DNA of 32,000 bases from Candidatus Saccharimonadota bacterium. Its GTDB lineage: Bacteria > Bacillota_I > Bacilli_A > Mycoplasmatales > Hepatoplasmataceae. The position numbers and the translations under genes were made by a program. Below the pieces are notes generated by a model. The model saw nothing but the letters and a program-made list of their open reading frames with translations. It was not told the origin of the DNA and did not search any database. Below are positions 23,167 to 32,000 of this stretch, one piece after another (the stretch's first letter is position 1; the number at the start of each line of letters is the position of its first letter). The DNA is taken from contig NZ_CP006932.1 in NCBI RefSeq assembly GCF_000582535.1, positions 300,001 through 332,000 on the forward strand. Reading direction: 5' to 3'.

Positions 23167-25821
23167 ATGAAAAAAAATAAATTTTTCAATTTTAAAATAT
23201 TTACTTTTATTTCTGTTTTTTTAGTTTTTTTAAATATTGGTTATTTTAATTTAAATAACTATGATAAGAATTTTAAAAAAGAACAAATAAATAGTAATCA
23301 AATTGGAAATATTATTGAACAAGTAAATGGGCAACAAGTTTATTCGGAAGAATCTGATCAAATTTATCCAGCAACTTCTGGAGCTTTAATTGATCAAGAT
23401 TTGGATGGATTAGCAGATACTATCTATATGTGAGGAGATAATGAATATGGACAAATTGGAATTAATGATCAAGAAAATGACTTTATTACTACACCACAAA
23501 AATTAGATATTTTTAAATATGGTAGTGGTAGTTTTTATCAATTAGAAAGTAGTGGAACACATTCTGGTGTTGTTTTTGATTCAGATAATGATGGTAAAAG
23601 TGATCAACTTTATATGTGAGGAGATAATAGATATCAACAATTAGTAATAAGCAATAGTATTACTAATTATAGTTATGTTCCAATGTTAGTTGATTTTAAT
23701 TGAGAAGGAGATATTATATCATTAGAATTATCTTATGGATATTCCGGAGTTACAATTGATACAAATGATGATGGTTATGCTGAAAATCTTTACATTTGAG
23801 GAAATAACGAAGATGGACAAATTGGGAATGGTGAAAAAAATAATACAATTTTAGAACCAACTTTAATTACTCCAAAAGATCAAGATAATTGAGGCGGAAA
23901 TATTATTGATTTTGAAATAGATGGTCATCATAGTGCTGTTACAATTGATACTGATTATGATGGTTATGCTGATACATTATATTCATGAGGAGCAAATGAA
24001 TATGGACAAGTAGGAAATGGAGAAGAAAGAAATGATATCGTTTCCCCAACAATAATTACACCACAAAATGGATATTGAGAAGGAAATTTAATTGATCTTG
24101 AATTAGGTTCTTCTCATTCTGGGGTTACTGTTGATACTGATTTAAATGGTTATGCAGATACGCTTTATATGTGAGGAGATAATTATTTTAAACAATTGGG
24201 AAATATAAATTCTTATCAAAATGAATTTATACCAACTGTTTCTTATGGTCCTGAACAAAATTGAGGAGGAGATCTTGTTAATTTTTCTCTTTCCGGAATA
24301 AATAGTTCTATTGCAGTTGATACTAATAATGATCATTTAGGTGATGTTATTTATCTTTGGGGAGATAATAGTTATGGACAGATTGGAAATGGAACAATAG
24401 ATAATCAATTAGAAAAAGGAATTTCTACACCAACTAAACCTTTAAATCAAAATGGAGAAGAATTTGATTGAAATGGAAATGTAATAAATATTGATTTAGG
24501 AGGAAATTCAAGTTCTGCACTTATTGATAGTGATTATGATGGATTAGGGGATGAACTTTATCTCTGAGGAGATAATAGCTATGGACAATTAGGAAATAGC
24601 CAAATAGGTGTGAATATATTAACTCCTGATCAACAAAATTTTAAATTAGAAAATTTTAAATTAGAAAATTATGAAATTATTGATACAAGTAATTATGGAT
24701 TGGAAATAAATATTACATTAGAAGATAATAATGATTTTTTTAATAAAAGTAATATACCTACTTTAAAATTAAAAAACCAAGATCAAGGAAATATCTATAA
24801 TACTACTTATGATTTTTTAAATTCTGATCCCGAATCTGATTCATATTCTTATAAAATAAATAATATTAAAAGTGGACAAAAATATCAATGAGATGAAATT
24901 TTAATAAATGATCAAGGAGATGATTTTAATGAAGATTTAATATTTAATATAAATGAAATTGAAATTTTATCTGATTATAAAATAAAAGAAGCTTCGATTT
25001 CAGAAGAAAATATTACTGAATCAGATGCTTTAATTGATCTTGATTTTGAAAATAAAATGAATTTTAATATTAATAATTTTACAGAAGAGGAATTAAAAGT
25101 TAGAATCAATTATCAAGATCAAGAAAATCAATATATAAAAGAAACAATTATTAATCAAAATGAACAAATTTTATTAGATGGATTAAATTCAGAAAATCAA
25201 TATACAATAACAAGTATTGATTATTTTTATCAAAATGGAAATTATAAATATACTTTTAATCCAGTTAATTTAGTTTTTTGAACAGATACATTAATTCCGA
25301 CATTTTATCAAATTAATAATACTTTCGAAATAGAACAGATTAATAGTGATTCCTTTCAATTTAAAATTGGATTAAATAATGTTATTGTAAATGAAGATGG
25401 TTCATTAGCAAATATTGATAATGTTTATCTTATTGATTCCAATAATAATATTTATGAAGGTGATTATGTTGAAAATAGTTGAGAATCAGAAGTAAATAGT
25501 ATTAATAAAGATTCAACAGTAAATAGTAGTATAGAACAAGGATACGCTAGATTTAATGTAACACAATTATCAGAGAAAACAAATTATAATTTTATTGGAA
25601 TTAGTTTTCAAGAAGATGGATCATCTGCAAGTTTATTTCAAGAATCAATAAATATTCAAACTGATAATAATTTTAATTTTAAATTAATGATTTCGATTAT
25701 TTTAGTAATAATATTAGCAATTTTATTAACATTAATAATTATTTATTTTGCAAGAAAATATAAACAATTCAAAAAAGCAAAAGTTGTAGATCAAGATGAG
25801 ATAACAAAAGTAGCTAATTAA
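23167..25821 (+). CDS. Surface protein, 884 aa: N-terminal signal/anchor, 7-bladed RCC1-like beta-propeller, three repeated beta-rich modules, C-terminal TM anchor
   Basis: One frame runs through about 20 TGA codons. Seven blades each carry DxDxDGxxD-x-LY-x-WG-x-N-x-x-GQ-x-GNG (for example VDTDLNGYADTLYMWGDNYFKQLGN). The N-terminal hydrophobic segment is FKIFTFISVFLVFLNIGYF. The C-terminal TM is LMISIILVIILAILLTLIIIYF followed by a basic tail. Confidence 0.75.
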
Positions 25822-25825
25822 AAAG

Positions 25826-25855
25826 AAAAAGGATCCTAAATTTAGGATCCTTTTT
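25826..25855 (+). terminator. Rho-independent terminator after the first RCC1-like gene
   Basis: Perfect palindrome AAAAAGGATCCTAAA/TTTAGGATCCTTTTT. Confidence 0.75.
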
Positions 25856-26002
25856 GAATTTATGAAAATTAATATTTTTTAAGAGCGATGTAAATAAAAA
25901 AGAAGATAAAATTTTTTATTTAAGTTTTTAATTAAGATATCTCTTAGCATCAATTAAAATATATTTATAAATTTCTTTTATTCTCAAAAATTAAATTTTA
26001 CA

Positions 26003-26011
26003 TGCTATAAT
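26003..26011 (+). promoter_or_regulatory. Extended -10 box (TGCTATAAT) upstream of the second RCC1-like gene
   Basis: Exact match to the TGnTATAAT consensus, 41 nt upstream of the ATG at 26052. Confidence 0.4.
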
Positions 26012-26051
26012 TAATTTATTAATTATAGTAATTGAATTGAGTTTATAAATT

Positions 26052-28028
26052 ATGAATAAAAAAATATTTTCTCTATTTACAATTTTATTGTTTCTTTTTC
26101 CTATTCATTCATATAATTTCAAAATTAATGAAAAGAAAAATACAAATAATTACGGATATATAATTGATCAAGAAAATGGAAATAATTATTCTGGATCAAT
26201 TATAGATAGTGATTTTGATGGATATGGTGATACTTTGTATATGTGGGGAAATAATCAATATGGCCAAATTGGAAATGGAACTAAAAATGATGTAAATAAT
26301 GGTCCAATTAAAATTTTACCTAAAGAAGAATCTTGAGAAGGTAATTTAATTAATTTAGAATTAGGGGATTCTCATTCTGGCCTTACTGTTGACACTGATT
26401 ATAATGGATATGGTGATACTTTATATATGTGGGGAAATAATAATTTAGGACAATTAGGAAATAATAGTGAACTTAATAATTTCACATATCCACAAAAAAT
26501 TCTCCCAGAAGGTAAAATTAATTGAGGTGGAAATATAATTGATTTATCTTTAGGAGAAGATTTTACAGGATTAACAATTGATAGCAATCTTGATGGATAT
26601 GGTGATATTTTATATATGTGGGGAGATAATAGTTTTAATCAATTAGGAGTAGAAGGTAATAGTAATTATTCTTATCCTATAACAGTAATTCCTGAGAACG
26701 AAAGTTGAAATGGTAATTTGATGGATCTTGAATTAGGAAAGGATAGTTCTGGCCTTACTGTTGATACTAATTATGATGGATATGCAGATACTGTTTATAT
26801 GTGAGGAGATAATCAATATGATCAATTAGGACAAGGACAAATAAGTCCTGAAAAACAAACATTTCCTAAAATTACTGAACCAGATAGAGGATGAAATGGA
26901 AATATAACAGATATCTCTGTTGGTTATTATACTTCAGGAGTAATAGTAGATAATAATGATGATAATTATGCTGATACATTATATATGTGAGGGTCTAATA
27001 TAAATGGAGTAATGGGAAATAATATTTCGTTAAATCCTAGTCCTATTACTATTTATTCTTTTCCTGGTAATTTAATTGATTTTGAAACAAATAATCAAAA
27101 TTCAGGAATTTTAGTGGATGTTGATCTTGACGGTTATGCAGATACATTATATATGTGAGGAAGTAATCAAAATGGACAAGATGGAATTGGTAGCTATACA
27201 GAAGAGGTAATTTATACACCAATTGAAATATTTCCTTATTATGGAAGTTGGAATGGAAATATTCTTGATTTTTCAATAGGTAGTACACATATTAGTACTC
27301 TAATTGATATAAATGATGATGGATACGCCGATACTCTTTATATGTGAGGATCAAATGAATACGGAGAAGCAGGAATTCCTGCTTCTAATGATATTTTACT
27401 TCCTAATGATATATTTGAATTTAAAAGTTTTTCAATTGAAAATATTACAATTATAAATGATTATGATCATGGGTTAAAATTAGAAATTAAATTAGATGAT
27501 TTTTGAGATTTATTTAATGAAAATAATATTCCTATTATTTATTTAATTGATCTAAATAATAATTTTTATAATACTTTATATGATCAAGATAATTCAAATA
27601 TAAATGATGATTTATATTATTATCAAATTGATCAAATTAATCCAGGAACAAAATACATTTTTGATAAGATTGAAATTAATAATAATTTATTCAATTTCGA
27701 ATCAATCATTGCAATAAGTGATTACACTATTTCTGATCTAAATTTAGAATCTATAGAAACTAATCAAGCAACACTAAAACTTGATTTAATTTTAGGAGAT
27801 AATGTTAATATAAGTTATTTTGATAATGAACAAAAACAAGTAAAAGTTAATTTTGCAGATGGAAGTTATCAAGAAGTAATAATTGATCAGCATTTAAAAA
27901 TAACTCTTGATAATTTAGAAGCAAATACTGATTATGAAATTACTGGAATTAATTATTTTTATGAAGATGGAAGTTATAAATATAATTTTAGTAAAGATAT
28001 AATCTTTACAACTTTAAATCAAGTATAG
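26052..28028 (+). CDS. Secreted paralog, 658 aa: signal peptide, 7-bladed RCC1-like propeller, two beta-rich modules, no C-terminal anchor
   Basis: Signal-like N-terminus MNKKIFSLFTILLFLFPIHS. Seven LYMWG-type blades carry the same DxDxDGYxD insert. The C-terminal modules align with those of the upstream gene (for example ..YEITGINYFYEDGSYKYNF versus ..YTITSIDYFYQNGNYKYTF). Stop is TAG at 28026-28028. Confidence 0.75.
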
Positions 28029-28035
28029 TTTTTTA

Positions 28036-28725
28036 TTATTTTTCTTTTTGATTAACTTTTGGTCAAATTCATTCCCCAAATAAAGGATGTTGGGGAAAAA
28101 TTCCTGATCAATGAGCAATTTTTTTATCTACATAAAATGTAAAAATAAAATCTCTATTTAAAACTATCTCTTCATTTTTTAAATTAAGTAATTTAGCATC
28201 GATTCTTATTTTATTACTCTTAAGATCGATGATTATGTAATTTATAATAAATTTTACATATGTTTCTTCATATTTAATTTCAACATTAATATTACTCTTT
28301 AATCATCTTCGAGATTTTCAATTAATTTTAATTAATTCATGTCTTATAGTTTCTTCATGTTCTATAATTTTTCCATATAAATCTTTATCTGCTTCAATTC
28401 TTAGAGGAACATTTACTTTTGTTGTAATTAAATTTGTTCCTCAAAATGTTTTTAAATTTTTTTTGATAAATCTTCTTTTAGTAATTGGAATTACAATAAA
28501 TGTATCAATAATTATAAGAATAATTACAACAAAAGTTGCTATTTCAAGACCATGGTTTATATTTTCATTAGATAATGTAAGAATTTCTGTAATTGATAAA
28601 AAACTCAATATTAAAACAGCAAGATGAAGTAGCATTGCTGAAAGTTCTAATATTTTATATAAATAAGAACCAACAATTAATACATCTTGTTGTTCCTTTT
28701 TTGATTGATTATTTTCCTTTTTCAT
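28036..28725 (-). CDS. Hypothetical membrane protein, 229 aa (two N-terminal TM helices plus a soluble beta-rich domain)
   Basis: ORF 28441-28725 extends through TGA codons to the double stop TAATAA at 28038-28033. I recognised no diagnostic motif. Confidence 0.5.
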
Positions 28726-28745
28726 AATTAACTCTTTTAATGTTT

Positions 28746-30053
28746 TTAATTATATATCAAATATTTTTTTTCAATCAAAAGAATTATTAAAATAAATTGT
28801 TCATAAACAAAAATTTGAAGAAAAGTAAATATTGCAAAATTTATTAAAAGATATGTATCTTTTAATAAATAAAATAAAGTAAAAAAGGGAATTAATAAAT
28901 ATTGGATAATTTCTCAAGAAAAAGAGAAAAAAATAGAAATAAAAAGGAGATAATAAGTAAATTTTATAAAAGGGTTTAAAACAAAACAAATAAAAGGAGC
29001 TAATAAATTATCATATCCTTGTCAATTTATTATAAAAGGGAAAGTAATTAAAAAAATAAATAAATTTATAAATAAAGATTTTATAAATTTATTTTTGATT
29101 TTTAAATCACTTGAAAATTTATAAAAAAAAGAAATCAAAAAGGATAATATTAATCCTGATTGTAATCCCAAATAGGGGTTGTAAATTAAAAAAATCAAAG
29201 CAGTAAATGCAAGAGAATTATATTTTCCTTTTTTTATTTTTTTATTTTGATTTATAAAATAATTACAAGCAGCCTTTATTCCTGTATTTGGAAAAAAGAA
29301 AAAATAAAGATAATAATTAACAATTAAAAATAATAAAAATATTTGTAAACATTTTCTCTTAAAAATAAAATTAATTCATAATTCATTAATTTTTATTATT
29401 AAAAAAATATGAAATCCAGAAATTATTATTAAAAAACTAATTCCCAATTTTTCAAATTGTTCAAAAATTTGTTCATTATAAATTGTTTCTTTTTTAAATA
29501 AAAATAAAATTGTAACTTTTTCATAAAAATTTTCTTGATCTATAAGATTAAAATAAATATAATTACGAAAACTTTTATTAGGTGATTTATCAATTTTATA
29601 AGTATCACAATAACCATAATAAATTGTATGATTTGCAAGTAAAAAAGAATTAAAGGAATCGTATTCATTATTTATTTTATAGTAATTACAATCAAAACTT
29701 ATAATAGTATGAGGAATTAAATCTGTACAATAATCATCGAAAATTAAAAAATATATTTGATTATCTTCTTTTACAAAACAAGATTTGGAATAACTTTTTA
29801 TTACTTCTCCTTGATGATAATAATTTAAATTAAGATTTGAATTAAAAATAGAGTAATCAAGAAAAAATAAATGAAAAAAGATTAGAAAATAAAAAATAAT
29901 ATAAAAATATCCACCATATTTGAAAATATAGTGGATACCAAAAATAAAAGAAAAAAGCAAAAATATCAGAATGAATTTAAAGATCAATAAATAAAATAAT
30001 AATAATAAATATACTAAAAGATAAAAATATTTGTTCTCATTTTTTTTAAGCAC
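28746..30053 (-). CDS. comEC: ComEC/Rec2-family DNA-uptake channel-like membrane protein, 435 aa (no beta-lactamase domain)
   Basis: ORF 29376-30053 continues in the same frame through TGA to TAA at 28746-28748. The track ORF 28801-28989 is off-frame. It has N-terminal TM helices, a soluble insert and the ComEC competence-domain hallmark LGISFLIIISGFHIFL (compare GISHLLAISGLH), followed by further TM helices. Confidence 0.55.
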
Positions 30054-30084
30054 ATAATTAATTTATTATAAAAAGATATATTTT

Positions 30085-31377
30085 CTATTTTTTGTAAAAA
30101 TAAATTCTAAAATAAATCCATGTAAATAAAATAAACATTGGATTTAAAATAAACATTGATATATAATAAGAATTTGTTTTATATCCATTTGATAAAAGAA
30201 TAGAAATTCCATTATTATAGAGACCAGGATTTATTCCAATATTATCAATTACAACACTATAAGATAATAAACCATTTTGTTCAATATGAACTGCTCCACC
30301 ATTTTGTTCAATTTGATTTCTTGTAATTGGATAAATTATGAATTTATCCAAAGAATAAAAGAAAATTAGATTAATAATAATTAAAGCAACAAAAAGATTG
30401 AATATAAAATTTGTTCTTTTATTTATCTTTACTTCATTACTTAGATCTTTATAATAAACATTATAAATTCAATATGAACAAGCAAGAATAAATATAAAGA
30501 CTCATAGAGCTAATAAAAGATATGAAGGAATATTATTATTTGCTCCTAATCATTTATTTTTCGGAGCAAGTGTATCTATAAAATTAATACTAATAGGAGC
30601 TAAGGCATTATTTACATTATTTTGCAATTGATTAATATCAATAAACTCAACATTTGCTGTATTTAAACCAAATGTACCTAATCCTTGCAATCCTTGAAAT
30701 GAAAATGTCATTGAAATAAAAGCAAGAATTAAAGTTGTATTTACTGTATATTTATATTTTAATTCATTTTTAATTTTTAATTTTTGAAAATAAAATAATG
30801 AACCTATAAATAAAGAAATTATTATACTTATAATTCATAATGATGAAAATAAATTATTAAAAATATTTAAATTATCTAATATTAAAATGTAATCAAGTCC
30901 TTCTTTTATTCCATTATTTATTACAGTTGGAATAAAATTTGCAAAATCAGCATTTGGATCTATTTCATTTGCAAATAATGTATTTGCAAATGTTATTGCA
31001 AGGAGAACTTGTAATGATAATAAAATAAAAGTAGAAACATAAATTGATCCATATGTAATAAGAATCGCTCTTCTTTTATGAAAATCATTATTTTTTCAGG
31101 TATTTATTAATCATAATATTATTAAAAAAAACAATATTCCTACAAATACTAAACAAACAATTGAAAATCATTCAAGATTAGTACAAAGAAAAGCTTCTCC
31201 AAAATAATGATCTGTATATTTTCCTAAAATTAAGAAATAAAAAATTCCAAATCAAGTTAATATTAACAATAATAAAGTACCTCATTTACTCTTAAAAAAG
31301 GATTTAATTTTTATAATAATTTTATTTTTATCATCTAAAGTAATATTAGGATTTTCTATTTTTTTACTATTTACCAT
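30085..31377 (-). CDS. Hypothetical polytopic membrane protein, 430 aa
   Basis: ATG at 31377. A single frame through several TGA codons connects to track ORF 30085-30351, whose listed start is an internal TTG. It has multiple hydrophobic helices and no motif I recognise. Confidence 0.5.
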
Positions 31378-31424
31378 AATTATCTATTTTAAAATTTATA
31401 ACAATTTCAAATCAGATATTAAAA

Positions 31425-32000
31425 TTAATTTTTATTTTTTAATTTTTTCTTTATTTCTTTTTTCATTTTTCGATTTTCTTTAGTTTCATTATAAATAACA
31501 ATTATATTGCTTTTATGCTTATAAATAACAAGAATAAATGATAATCATAAAATAGCAGAAGCATTTATTGTTCTTGATCAATCAAATAATGGTCAAGCTG
31601 AATTAAGCAAAGGATTAAATGTTCCTAAAATTGTAATTGCAAAAACAGCCCCTAATGAAGAATATGTAACTGTTCTATTTGTTGAAAAATAAATAATTAA
31701 AAAAATAATTCCTCCAATTGCACAAAAAATTCAATTAATTGCTAGCATTAAACCAAAAGTTGTTGCTACACCTTTTCCACCTTTAAATTTAAATCAAATT
31801 GGTCATAAATGACCAACTATTACAAAAAAAACAGCAATAGCTATATAATTTGTTACTGCCATAAAAATATTATCACCATTATTGTAATCTAAATTTTCTG
31901 ATAATTCTGTAAATATAATTGCAACAATGAAAGCTTTTAAAAAATCAAATAAAAAAACAAGAATGAAAGCCTCTTTTCCAAAAGTTCTTCCAGCATTTGT
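31425..32000 (-). CDS. plsY: Acyl-phosphate:glycerol-3-phosphate acyltransferase PlsY, C-terminal 191 aa (5' end outside the window)
   Basis: The minus-strand frame entering at 32000 reads [46 protein letters not shown], which covers the conserved PlsY motifs. Stop is TAA at 31425-31427. Confidence 0.85.

Noticed and set aside
24636-24665. Perfect 15-bp tandem duplication (AAATTTTAAATTAGA twice) encoding NFKLE-NFKLE in the first RCC1-like gene
   Set aside because: It is real, in frame and tiny. It is most simply a slippage duplication in a linker, with no evidence of a regulatory or phase-variation role.

Overview
Very AT-rich window from a Mollicutes-like genome that reads TGA as Trp (translation table 4). 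Nearly every break in the supplied standard-code ORF track is an in-frame TGA inside a conserved protein, so I re-joined the fragments by hand. All coordinates below come from that manual re-translation. The main content is a complete type II-A-like CRISPR-Cas9 system with a non-canonical, split layout. A 36-repeat array (20594-22939) lies directly upstream of cas9 (16952-20539, minus strand). cas1-cas2 and a csn2-position gene (5731-8109, minus) lie 8.8 kb away, and a predicted tracrRNA (about 5347-5500, plus) lies 15 kb from the array. The gap between cas9 and cas1 holds a PTS EIIBC plus GH13 phosphotrehalase-like pair, a glpF-glpK-glpO glycerol cassette, and a two-gene Panacea (DUF4065) plus small membrane protein module that looks like a toxin-antitoxin or abortive-infection pair. 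Other notable items: an OLD-family TOPRIM protein with a degenerate ATPase (2110-3195), and two tandem paralogous secreted 7-bladed RCC1-like propeller proteins with DxDxDG inserts (23167-28028). Flanking genes are dnaE (partial), a P1B-type ATPase, a ComEC-like protein, two uncharacterised membrane proteins and plsY (partial). I saw no transposase, integrase, rRNA or tRNA. Functional calls rest on motif recognition by eye only; no database search was run.
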